Assembly (NCBI GenBank): GCA_965249275.1
Contig: CBDFLQ010000006.1
Location: 288,001-352,000 of the forward strand
Direction: 5' to 3'
From: Dehalococcoidia bacterium
Lineage (GTDB): Bacteria > Chloroflexota > Dehalococcoidia > Plut-88900
DNA length: 64,000 bases
This document shows positions 7,885 through 16,409 of this stretch, piece after piece. Position numbers and translations under genes: made by a program. Positions within the stretch are counted from its first letter, which is position 1; each line of letters begins with the position of its first letter. The notes under the pieces were generated by a model, which worked only from the letters and a program-made list of their open reading frames with translations, did not search any database and was not told the DNA's origin.

Positions 7885-7914
7885 TGTCATCCCGAGGCTC
7901 CGCGAGGGACCTAA
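7885..7914 (+). repeat. YGTCATYCC-tagged REP-like palindrome (family C), target of the IS5
   Basis: TGTCATCCCGAGGCTCCGCGAGGGACCTAA; copies at 27776, 27904, 32850, 35449, 41827, 42998, 43236, 43396. Confidence 0.88.
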
Positions 7915-9110
7915 GAAACCTCTGAACAAGTCTAAGGGCATAGGTAATAGGTAAGATAGGGAGAGTAAGGCCAAAGCTGAGGTGAGATTTGATGGAGCAG
8001 CCGACATTTGCAGACTTGGAATACGAGGGCAAGAAGCGAAAGACCCGCCGGGAGATATTTCTGGAGCGGATGGAGGACCTGGTTCCATGGGGAAAGTTAG
8101 AGGAGCGAATCCGGCCCTACTATTCCAGGGCGGGCCGTGGACGGAGGCCCTACGAGTTGTCGGTGATGCTGCGGATACACTGCGTGCAGCTGTTCTACAA
8201 CCTGAGCGATCCGGGCATGGAGGACATGCTCTACGAGGTGGAGTCGGTGAGGCGGTTCGCAGGTCTGAGGCTGTCCGGCCCCTTGCCTGACGAGACTACG
8301 ATACTGAACTTCCGCCATCTGCTGGAAGAGCAGGAGTTGGGTCGGGGGCTGTTCGAGGAGATCAACCGTCATCTGGAGTCTCGGGGACTGAGGCTCAGGG
8401 AGGGTACGATTGTGGATGCGAGCATCATCGAGGCGCCGGCGTCTACGAAGAACCGTGCTGGAGAGCGAGACCCCGATATGCACCAGGTGAAGAAGGGGAA
8501 GGAGTGGCACTTCGGTATGAAAGTGCACATTGGTGCAGACGCTGACACGGGGGTGGTGCACAGTATGAGTACGACAGCTGCGAACGTGCATGACGTGACG
8601 GAGGCGCACCGGCTGCTGCATGGAGGGGAGAGGCGAGTGTGGGGAGATGCGGGATATCAGGGAGTGGAGAAGCGGGCGGAGAATCGGGATATGGATGTGG
8701 AGTGGCGGGTGGCGATGAGACCTGGACGGCGTCGGAAACTGAGGGCGGGGAGCTGCGAGGCCTTAGCGGAGAAGAGCAAATCATCCATCAGGGCTAAGGT
8801 GGAGCATCCGTTCCTGTACGTGAAACGGCACTTCGGCTACGCCAAGGTCCGCTACAGGGGCTTGTACAAGAACACGCAACGGGTGGCGATGCTGCTGGGG
8901 CTGGCCAACTTGGTAAGGGCCGAGCGCCACTTAGCGGTGTGACGGAGGAGCAGTGTGGTCAAATCCGGGTCGATGGTGACTGGATGCCCTGACAGGCCAG
9001 AACATAGGATGCAAATAAGCCACCGAGACGCAACATTACGACCCAACCTCTCCCCAAAACTCCATGCAAGACAACCTAAGCTGGTTTACAGTGAGTTGTT
9101 CAGAGCTTCC
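7915..9110 (+). mobile_element. Complete IS5-family (IS5 subgroup) insertion sequence, 1196 bp
   Basis: TIRs GAAACCTCTGAACAAGTC (7915-7932) and GAGTTGTTCAGAGCTTCC (9093-9110), 15/18 match; 4-bp CTAA duplication at 7911-7914 and 9111-9114. Confidence 0.95.
7992..8942 (+). CDS. IS5 family DDE transposase
   Basis: YNLSDPGMED, PDETTILNFRHLLE, IVDASII, WHFGMKVHIG, GDAGYQG, RAKVEHPF. Confidence 0.96.
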   Translation: MEQPTFADLEYEGKKRKTRREIFLERMEDLVPWGKLEERIRPYYSRAGRGRRPYELSVMLRIHCVQLFYNLSDPGMEDMLYEVESVRRFAGLRLSGPLPDETTILNFRHLLEEQELGRGLFEEINRHLESRGLRLREGTIVDASIIEAPASTKNRAGERDPDMHQVKKGKEWHFGMKVHIGADADTGVVHSMSTTAANVHDVTEAHRLLHGGERRVWGDAGYQGVEKRAENRDMDVEWRVAMRPGRRRKLRAGSCEALAEKSKSSIRAKVEHPFLYVKRHFGYAKVRYRGLYKNTQRVAMLLGLANLVRAERHLAV

Positions 9111-9204
9111 CTAAGGCATAAGTCCGGTAATCTCACTCCTCTTAGACTACCACCCGAGCCTAAGAGAATTCCCTCTCCCCCTGTCATTTGTCCACCCCCC
9201 AGAC

Positions 9205-9250
9205 AAAAAGAACCTCCGGACTGCTCGTTTAACCGACAGTCCGGAGGTCT
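9205..9250 (-). terminator. Intrinsic terminator after rpsT
   Basis: 12-bp stem ACCTCCGGACTG/CAGTCCGGAGGT followed by T-tract on minus strand. Confidence 0.75.
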
Positions 9251-9292
9251 CTAATCTCAATTGGGCCGGGAGGAGTAAGATGAAGCGCTTAG

Positions 9293-9622
9293 CTACTTCT
9301 TCTTAGCGCTCCCACGACGCCCCGATCCCGCCTTGGCCTTGGCCGACGGTGTCGGGTCGCTCATCATCTTGTTAAGGCTCTTCATAAGCCTCGACGCGGT
9401 CCTGGATGCCTTGTTCGGGTGTATGTAACCCCGGGACCCGGCCTTGTCCAAAGAAGACACCGCCGCCCGCGCCGATCTCTGCGCCGCGGCCACGTCTCCC
9501 TGTTCCGCCGAAGTCCTCGCGATCTTAACTGTTGTTTTCAGGGCGCTTGTCACGCGGCGGTTTATTACCGTCTTTCGTGCTGTCACCCTTGCCGATTTCT
9601 CTGCGGACTTTGAATTGGCCAA
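9293..9622 (-). CDS. rpsT: 30S ribosomal protein S20 with basic C-terminal extension
   Basis: MANSKSAEK...N...S.LKT.VK...LDKA..RGYIHPNKASR; TTG start after GGAGG. Confidence 0.93.
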   Translation of the reverse strand: MANSKSAEKSARVTARKTVINRRVTSALKTTVKIARTSAEQGDVAAAQRSARAAVSSLDKAGSRGYIHPNKASRTASRLMKSLNKMMSDPTPSAKAKAGSGRRGSAKKK

Positions 9623-9649
9623 TCTGCTAAGTTCCTCCCGACGCTGGGA

Positions 9650-11833
9650 CTATCCGACCGTCTTTACGGACTGCGAAAGGTGATCGCTTCTCCTGACACG
9701 TAGCACTCCCGGCACCGTTTCCAGCCGGTTGAATATCCGGCTAAGCTGGCTGATGCCGTTCGTACCCAGACTCAAGTATTCCGTAACCGTTCCGTCCTCG
9801 TGCGCCTCAGATAATACTCCCGATATGTTTACTTTTTCTGCCGAAACTACTGTCGTTATGTCCCTCAGCAACCCCACCCTGTCCTTGCCTTCGATTTCGA
9901 TTCTAACAGGGTACAGCCGTGCAGTCGAACCCCATCCTACCTCGATTAGCCTCTCCGGTTCCGTCACGTTAGTTATATTGTAACAAGACTTCCGGTGAAC
10001 GCTTACCCCCTGGGCCCGAGTGATGAACCCCATAATTTCGTTGCCTGGCAAGGGCTGGCAACACTTCGCCAGGCGGGTCAGCACGTCTCCCACTCCCAGT
10101 ACCGTGACTCCCCCGGTAAAGCCCGGATCCGTATCCGGCATCGGACCATAGTCGTGCGCTTGCTTCTCCGTACCCGCCAGCCGGGTTGTAATCTGGTGGA
10201 TGCTGATCGCCCCCGACCCGATAGCCGCGTACAGGTCCTCCCTCGTAGTGAAGCTCAGCTTGTCGGCAATCTCATCAACCGTGAATTCTAGCGCTAGCCG
10301 TTTACGCTCTTTCTCGATAAGGTCTTGGCCGCGCTGCATGTTCTCGACCCGTTCCTGTTTCCTGAACCATACGCGGATGGCCTGCCTTGCCCCGGCCGTG
10401 TTCACATACCCCAGGTCCGGGTTCAGCCAGTCGAGCCTCGGCCCCTGGATTCTCTTGCTGGTCAGTATCTGTACCGTGTCCCCGTTCTCCAGCTGATAGT
10501 CCAGCGACGTGAGCTTGCCGTTTACCTTGGCCCCGCTGCACTGATGCCCGATGTCCGTGTGGATCCGGTATGCGAAGTCTATCGGAGTGGCGCCCGCCGG
10601 AAGCTCCTTCACCTCCCCCTTTGGCGTGTACACGAACACCTGGTTCGGTAGCAGGTCCGTCTTGACCGACTCAAGGAACTCCTCCGCCCCCGAAACGTCC
10701 CTTTGCCATTCCAGCAGCTGCCGCACCCACGTCATTCGTTCTTCAAAGTGGCTCGTGCCCTTCGCCCCCTCCTTGTATCGCCAGTGCGCCGCTATCCCAA
10801 ACTCCGACACCTGGTGCATCTCGAATGTGCGGATCTGGATTTCCATCGGCACTCCGCCCTCGGCCATAACACTTGTGTGCAGCGACTGATAGCTGTTCTC
10901 CCGAGGGTTGGCTATGTAGTCGTCAAACTGACCGGGTATCGGATGCCAAAGCGCATGCGCTACTCCCAACGCGCCGTAACAGTCAGCTACTTGCTTCACC
11001 AGGACCCGTAAGGCGAACAGATCGTGAATCTGGTCGAACTCCTTGCCCTGTGCCGTATACCTAGCCATCTTCCGGTGGATGCTGTATATGTGCTTCGGCC
11101 TGCCCGTCACCTCCGCCTCTATCCCGGCATCATCCAACGCCGACTTCAGCAGATACGTCACCTGGGAGACGTAGCGTTCTCGCTTTGCCCTCTTCTGCGT
11201 CAACAAGCGGGATATCTCCCTATACCTATCGGGCTGTAGCACGCGGAAAGCCAGGTCTTCCAGTTTCCACTTCAGATCGGCCATCCCGAGCCGGTGAGCC
11301 AAAGGAGCATAGATGTCCAATGTCTCCCGAGCAACGTTTAGCTGACGCTGTCGGGGCAGTGCCCTGAGCGTGCTCATATTGTGCAGGCGGTCGGCCAGCT
11401 TGATCAGCACCACCCGGATGTCCTGCGCCATAGCGACCAGCATCTTGCGCAGGTTCTCGGCCTGAGTCGCCGAGTCGTCCATGTTGTGCCCGTTTGTCCT
11501 CCGAATCGCCATCAGTTCCAGCCTGGTCAGCTTGGACACCCCATCGACCAGCCGCGACACCTCCGGCCCGAACCGCTCGTCCAGCTGTTCCGGCGTGACA
11601 TCGCAGTCCTCTATCACGTCGTGAAGTAAAGCGGCAGCGATGCAGTTGGCGTCCAGCTTCAGGTCCGCCAGGTGAAGTGCCGTTGAAAGAGGGTGCTGAA
11701 TATACGGCTCCCCCGACATCCGTGCCTGTCCCCTATGACTCAGCTCCGCAAAATCGTACGCGTCTGACACAAACCCGACTCTGTCCTCGGGCAAATACCG
11801 CTCTAAGCTGGATAGAAGCTTATCTTTATTCAT
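9650..11833 (-). CDS. rel: Bifunctional (p)ppGpp synthase/hydrolase (long RSH)
   Basis: HD domain (LLHDVIED, KLADRLHN), synthetase (GRPKHIYS, YQSLHT, EIQIRT), TGS (FAYRIHT), CC and ACT domains. Confidence 0.97.
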   Translation of the reverse strand: MNKDKLLSSLERYLPEDRVGFVSDAYDFAELSHRGQARMSGEPYIQHPLSTALHLADLKLDANCIAAALLHDVIEDCDVTPEQLDERFGPEVSRLVDGVSKLTRLELMAIRRTNGHNMDDSATQAENLRKMLVAMAQDIRVVLIKLADRLHNMSTLRALPRQRQLNVARETLDIYAPLAHRLGMADLKWKLEDLAFRVLQPDRYREISRLLTQKRAKRERYVSQVTYLLKSALDDAGIEAEVTGRPKHIYSIHRKMARYTAQGKEFDQIHDLFALRVLVKQVADCYGALGVAHALWHPIPGQFDDYIANPRENSYQSLHTSVMAEGGVPMEIQIRTFEMHQVSEFGIAAHWRYKEGAKGTSHFEERMTWVRQLLEWQRDVSGAEEFLESVKTDLLPNQVFVYTPKGEVKELPAGATPIDFAYRIHTDIGHQCSGAKVNGKLTSLDYQLENGDTVQILTSKRIQGPRLDWLNPDLGYVNTAGARQAIRVWFRKQERVENMQRGQDLIEKERKRLALEFTVDEIADKLSFTTREDLYAAIGSGAISIHQITTRLAGTEKQAHDYGPMPDTDPGFTGGVTVLGVGDVLTRLAKCCQPLPGNEIMGFITRAQGVSVHRKSCYNITNVTEPERLIEVGWGSTARLYPVRIEIEGKDRVGLLRDITTVVSAEKVNISGVLSEAHEDGTVTEYLSLGTNGISQLSRIFNRLETVPGVLRVRRSDHLSQSVKTVG

Positions 11834-11947
11834 CGCTTACACTTGCCGGAAATCAGCATAAGTCAGTATAGCCCACGCCAACTCACCCTTTCAATTTCAC
11901 CCAGCGTCCCAGTCCCTCACAATCGACGCACTGTTCTTGTGGAGTCT

Positions 11948-12817
11948 TCACGCTTTTGGGCCTCTTCTGGAGGTCCGACGTCGGGACAATCTGCGGTTAA
12001 GGTTTGCGCGCGCGGCAACAATATCTACCTGCGCTTTGACAACTCTATCTAGATCAGCATCCTCCTGGTAATCGGCAGGGACAACACAGTTGACACGGTT
12101 ATCTTTGAGAAACTGGCTAGCTTCCATAAGCGCATTTTTGCCACGGGGTTCATAAACCGCTATGGAGAGTCCACCAGAGTCTTTGACAAGTCTGAAGCAC
12201 GGAATATCATTCGCGCTGTCCCCAACATAGATCATATTTTCAAATGGTACCGGGCGGTCTTTCATCTCTACGAATTCGTTAATCCTCTTGTCATCTGTCA
12301 ATTCGTGCGCGTCTTTGTTGATTCTGAAAAGAAACTGGGTTTTTGTAGTGTAATTAACTACCTGTGCAGGCCACGTGGCGACTTCATGTTGGTCGAACAG
12401 GAACCTGGATGCGTAGATTTCCTTGAAATGCCGCTCTATCTTAGTTCCCTCAATAATTTCTGCATTGCCTGATGACACAATATAATGCTCGTTAGTGACA
12501 TTCTTGCATTCGCTGTAGGCATTAATCCGGTCGAACCATTCTTCGACCCCCTCATAAAACGCAACTCTACTACCTTGCTCACGAAAGCCTTTCCGATCTA
12601 CCTTTACACCTTTCTCATTCGCCTTCTTTAGCATGAGGTGCATATACATCAGGATTTTGTCTGCTTTATTAATTTCACAGAGGTGATTGACCTCCGCCCA
12701 AAAATCTTTAGGGCTCATTCCGATATCAGGAATGAACTGGGGTTCCTGCATATTGCCGGGAGCCAATGTCCCATCAAAGTCATAGATGATTGCTAATCGT
12801 GTGTTCTGCCTGGGCAT
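11948..12817 (-). CDS. HAD-like hydrolase (DFDGTL..GNMQE type)
   Basis: IYDFDGTLAPGNMQE, VSSG, KTQFLFRINK, YVGDSANDIP; ATG at 12817 with AGGA upstream preferred over GTG 12883; AT-richer than neighbours. Confidence 0.85.
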   Translation of the reverse strand: MPRQNTRLAIIYDFDGTLAPGNMQEPQFIPDIGMSPKDFWAEVNHLCEINKADKILMYMHLMLKKANEKGVKVDRKGFREQGSRVAFYEGVEEWFDRINAYSECKNVTNEHYIVSSGNAEIIEGTKIERHFKEIYASRFLFDQHEVATWPAQVVNYTTKTQFLFRINKDAHELTDDKRINEFVEMKDRPVPFENMIYVGDSANDIPCFRLVKDSGGLSIAVYEPRGKNALMEASQFLKDNRVNCVVPADYQEDADLDRVVKAQVDIVAARANLNRRLSRRRTSRRGPKA

Positions 12818-12928
12818 TTCGTGTCCTAACTCATTAAGCCGACGATTCTTGTCTTCACCCGACCCCTCAAACTGCCGACGCACTTCTCCTGACCCAACAA
12901 ACTGGCTCAGAATCGGTAATTTCCCATC

Positions 12929-13148
12929 TCAAGCCGTCAATCCCGCTTGCTCCATACGGAACTCGATTGCGGCGATAGGACTTGGACCCAATCGGATAGT
13001 GCATGTCCTCATAAACCGCCACCAAGTCTACTAGAATGTTAAGTTCCTCTTCCTCCGAAGTGCTTTCTTCCGCGTCGAAGAGCCCCTCGATCCGCGCCAA
13101 CGCGGCTTCGTAGTCTTCTTCTGTTCGGATCGCCCTCATGTTGTTCAT
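12929..13148 (-). pseudogene. higA: HigA antitoxin pseudogene (frameshifted, HTH missing)
   Basis: IRTEEDYEAALARIEGLFDA...YEDMHYPIG, then a frame change near 12986 continues PSPIAAIEFRMEQAGLTA to TGA at 12929. Confidence 0.85.
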
Positions 13149-13444
13149 CTGCTCACCTTCTCGGCATTGACACGGTCGTACTCGGCATGAGTCCCGAGCC
13201 ATTTAATGTAGACCATGTTCTGCTGGTAACGGATCCAAACTATCCATCGATATTTGTTACTTCCAACGTCGAATACAACACGATTATTGACCGGGATACT
13301 GGCATTGGTATAGCGATCTTTGAGCTGCGCCGGTGTAGCCCGCTCTGCTTCTCTAACTTCTAGATTCCATGCTTCAAGAGACTGCTCAGAGTCCGGGTGG
13401 CGCTCCCAAAAGTCTCGGAGCGTTTTCTTAGCAATTATCCGCAC
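13145..13444 (-). CDS. higB: HigB family toxin
   Basis: MRIIAKKTLRDFWE.HPD, RVVFDVGSNKYR, WLGTHAEYD; ATGA overlap with higA. Confidence 0.88.
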   Translation of the reverse strand: MRIIAKKTLRDFWERHPDSEQSLEAWNLEVREAERATPAQLKDRYTNASIPVNNRVVFDVGSNKYRWIVWIRYQQNMVYIKWLGTHAEYDRVNAEKVSR

Positions 13445-13621
13445 TGCAAATCATACATGCTCCTCTTACACGACGTAATACATTGGTCCCATTTGTTGAA
13501 CAAGTAGAGCATAGCAACATAGAGCCATCTAAACCCAGGTCCCCAAATCGATGGGCTCGAAGACACGGCCCGGCCTCCGATCATCCAAGAACGGAATCTC
13601 CCAATCCGCTAAAATCCACCC

Positions 13622-14704
13622 ATGCAACCCTACCCCTGGCACTACATCCTCCACTCCGACCTCGACGCCTTCTACGCATCCGTCGAGCAGCTCGATAACC
13701 CGCACTACAGGGGTCTCCCCTTAGTGGTAGGCGGTTCACCAACGGTCCGCGGGGTTGTGGCCGCCGCCTCCTACGAGGCCCGCAAATTCGGTATCCGTTC
13801 CGCCATGCCCATGCGCACCGCACTCCGACTCCACCCTCCCGTCATCCGAGTCCCGCCCCGCTTTGACCGCTACCGGGAGCTCTCCGAACAGGTCATGGCC
13901 GTCTACCGGGCCCTCACCCCCCTCGTCGAACCCCTCTCCCTCGACGAAGCCTATATGGACATCAGTGAGCAGGTGCCCCGCGGCTCCGTCCAGCGGACTG
14001 CGGCAGAGTTGAAGTCGGATGTACGAAAGGCCACTGGCCTGCCTGTCACCGTCGGCGGCGGAATCTCCAAGACTGTGGCCAAGATCGCTTCCCAGCTCGG
14101 CAAGCCCGACGGCCTCCTTCTCGTGAGACCCGGCGAGGAAGTGGAGTTCCTTCGACCCTTGGACGTGGGCCTGCTCTGGGGTGTCGGGGAAAAATCCGCC
14201 GAGCTTCTCCGCCGCTATGGCATCGACACCATAGGCGACTTGGCAGACCGTAAGGACGCTTGGTTAAGCCATACCTTCGGGAAGCGCGGCCCTGAGCTTA
14301 AGGAACGAGCCCTTGGCCTCGACCGCGAGCCCGTCGTCCCCTCCCGAGAGACCAAATCCGTCAGTTCGGAGACCACATTCCCCACGGACGTCGGCAGCCG
14401 AGACCGCATGGAGGCCTTCCTCAAAGATCTATCCGACGAGGTGAGCTCCCGACTCAAGAAAGAGGGTCTCCGAGGCAAGACCGTCTCCATTAAGCTCCGA
14501 CTCTCCGATTTCACCACCTTCACCCGCCAGCAGACGTCTCTTACCCCCATCGACGACGCATCCGATATCTTCCGCTCAGCCCGTACTCTCCTGCGTCGGG
14601 AAATGAACCCCGGCCTGGAGTTCCGTCTCTTGGGTGTCGGCGTCTCTGGTTTCCAGGACTTCGGACAGTTGCCCCTCTTCTCCCTCGACGAAGAAGAGTC
14701 TTAA
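13622..14704 (+). CDS. dinB: DNA polymerase IV
   Basis: DLDAFYASVE, AASYEARKFG, SLDEAY, little-finger KSVSSETTF. Confidence 0.95.
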   Translation: MQPYPWHYILHSDLDAFYASVEQLDNPHYRGLPLVVGGSPTVRGVVAAASYEARKFGIRSAMPMRTALRLHPPVIRVPPRFDRYRELSEQVMAVYRALTPLVEPLSLDEAYMDISEQVPRGSVQRTAAELKSDVRKATGLPVTVGGGISKTVAKIASQLGKPDGLLLVRPGEEVEFLRPLDVGLLWGVGEKSAELLRRYGIDTIGDLADRKDAWLSHTFGKRGPELKERALGLDREPVVPSRETKSVSSETTFPTDVGSRDRMEAFLKDLSDEVSSRLKKEGLRGKTVSIKLRLSDFTTFTRQQTSLTPIDDASDIFRSARTLLRREMNPGLEFRLLGVGVSGFQDFGQLPLFSLDEEES

Positions 14705-14783
14705 CCCGCTATCCTAATCTCGTTACACCCCCTGCGATATAATCTCATCGTCCCCAACCGCCACCGCAACGGAGGAAACCGCC

Positions 14784-15728
14784 ATGCAGTTTGGATGTAC
14801 CCTTCCCAACAGAGGAGACCTTACCTCAGCCGAGAACCTTAAAGTCATGGCCCAGACCGCCGAGAAAAACGGCTTCGATTCCGTCTGGGTCAGCGACCAC
14901 ATCGTCATCCCAACCGACATCGCACCCCTCTACCCCTACAGCGACTCCGGTGAACTCCCCTTTAACCCAGATTCTCCCTATTGCGAACCGCTAACCACCC
15001 TCGCCTTCCTCTCCGGCGTCACAGGTTCCGTCCGGCTCGGCACCCACGTCCTAGTCCTGCCCTACAGGAACCCGGTGCTAGCCGCCAAGATGATATCCAC
15101 CCTGGACTTCCTTTCCGGCGGAAGGGTAATCCTGGGCATCGGAGCAGGATGGATGGAGGAGGAATTCCAAGCCCTTGACTCCCCTCCCTTCCCAGACCGT
15201 GGCCGAGTCACCGACGAATACTTAGAAATATACCGAGAGCTCTGGACCAACCCCAACCCCGAGTTCAAAGGCGAGTTCGCCCACGCCTCTGGTTACAAAT
15301 TCTCACCCAAGCCTGTCCAGCAGCCAGGGCCACCCATCTGGGTCGGCGGTCACAGCGGTCCCGCCATCCGACGCGCCGCTCGATTCGGAGACGCTTGGCT
15401 CCCAATCGGTCTCCGTGGCACCGCCGGCCTCGAACCCGATGAGCTCAAAAGCAAAATACAGCACCTGGCCTCCCTCACCGAAAAAGCAGGCCGAGACCCG
15501 ACCTCCGTCAAGACCTGCTTCAGCACCGACCTCGGCTTCGATTACGGCCCTGATAGCTCCGAGCGCAGGACTCTCTCTGGCAGCCCAGAGCAGATCGCCC
15601 AGGATATCCGCCGCTACGCAGAGGTGGGGGTAGAGTACTTCCTCTTCTCCTACAGATCAGGTTCTGTGACCGAGGTCCTCGAGTCCATGGAGCAGTTCGC
15701 CACCGAAGTCAGACCCCTCGTAGCTTAA
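14784..15728 (+). CDS. LLM class (probably F420-dependent) oxidoreductase
   Basis: GFDSVWVSDH, LDFLSGGRVILGIGAGW, PKPVQQPGPPIWVGG. Confidence 0.9.
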   Translation: MQFGCTLPNRGDLTSAENLKVMAQTAEKNGFDSVWVSDHIVIPTDIAPLYPYSDSGELPFNPDSPYCEPLTTLAFLSGVTGSVRLGTHVLVLPYRNPVLAAKMISTLDFLSGGRVILGIGAGWMEEEFQALDSPPFPDRGRVTDEYLEIYRELWTNPNPEFKGEFAHASGYKFSPKPVQQPGPPIWVGGHSGPAIRRAARFGDAWLPIGLRGTAGLEPDELKSKIQHLASLTEKAGRDPTSVKTCFSTDLGFDYGPDSSERRTLSGSPEQIAQDIRRYAEVGVEYFLFSYRSGSVTEVLESMEQFATEVRPLVA

Positions 15729-15761
15729 CTCCTTCAAATCGACTATCGAGCCTCCAGTAAA

Positions 15762-16394
15762 ATGAATCCCACCCGCTTCGACCTCCAGCGCATCCACACC
15801 GCCAGTAATGTCAAGGAACTCGCCGAGCGATATGACCGCATGGCCGACAACTACGACGATTCCCTGGAAGGGGAGTGGGGCTGGACTTCGCCCGAATACA
15901 CCGCAGAAGTCCTCTCTCGATACGCGTCCCCCACCGCCCGAGTCCTCGACGCTGGCGCCGGTACCGGCCTCGTTGCCCAGGCCCTCTTCAGACGTGGCTA
16001 CCGGAACTTATTCGGTATCGACATGGCCCACGAGATGATGAGGAAAGCCTTGCCAAAGAACGTTTACCAAGGCCTCTACCGCGTGGAGTTGGGCCAACCT
16101 CTGCCCTTCCAATCAGACCAATTCGACGCCGTCATCTCCGTTGGCACTATGGCAATGGGGCATGCCCCGCCCCACTGCCTTGAAGAACTGGTGCGCGTGA
16201 CCCGACCCGGAGGCCACATCGCCTACACCCTCCGACCTGTCGTCTACAAGCACATGGGCTTTGAGAAAGTCCAGGACTTCTTGGAGTCCCGAGGCCAATG
16301 GAAGTTTCTGGAAAAGACCCTCCCCTTCGCCCCGATGCCTAAGAAAGAACCCGACTTCTATTACGAGGTCTGGGTCTACCAGGTCACTCGATAG
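15762..16394 (+). CDS. Class I SAM-dependent methyltransferase
   Basis: VLDAGAGTGL, GIDMA, FDAVISVG, VTRPGG. Confidence 0.9.
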   Translation: MNPTRFDLQRIHTASNVKELAERYDRMADNYDDSLEGEWGWTSPEYTAEVLSRYASPTARVLDAGAGTGLVAQALFRRGYRNLFGIDMAHEMMRKALPKNVYQGLYRVELGQPLPFQSDQFDAVISVGTMAMGHAPPHCLEELVRVTRPGGHIAYTLRPVVYKHMGFEKVQDFLESRGQWKFLEKTLPFAPMPKKEPDFYYEVWVYQVTR

Positions 16395-16409
16395 TCCGCC
16401 AGATAGTCC

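Noticed and set aside
7982-8784. Extra ORFs overlapping the IS5 transposase
   Set aside because: Alternative-frame or antisense shadows with no independent evidence.
12881-12931. Selenocysteine or readthrough at the TGA linking the higA remnant to the HAD ORF
   Set aside because: The TGA is not at a Cys-like position, higA is already frameshifted upstream, and the HAD gene has its own plausible RBS and ATG at 12817.
13445-13621. SOS box upstream of dinB
   Set aside because: Only weak matches (AATAC-ATTG-GTCC at 13477-13489), which may equally be a remnant of the higBA operator.
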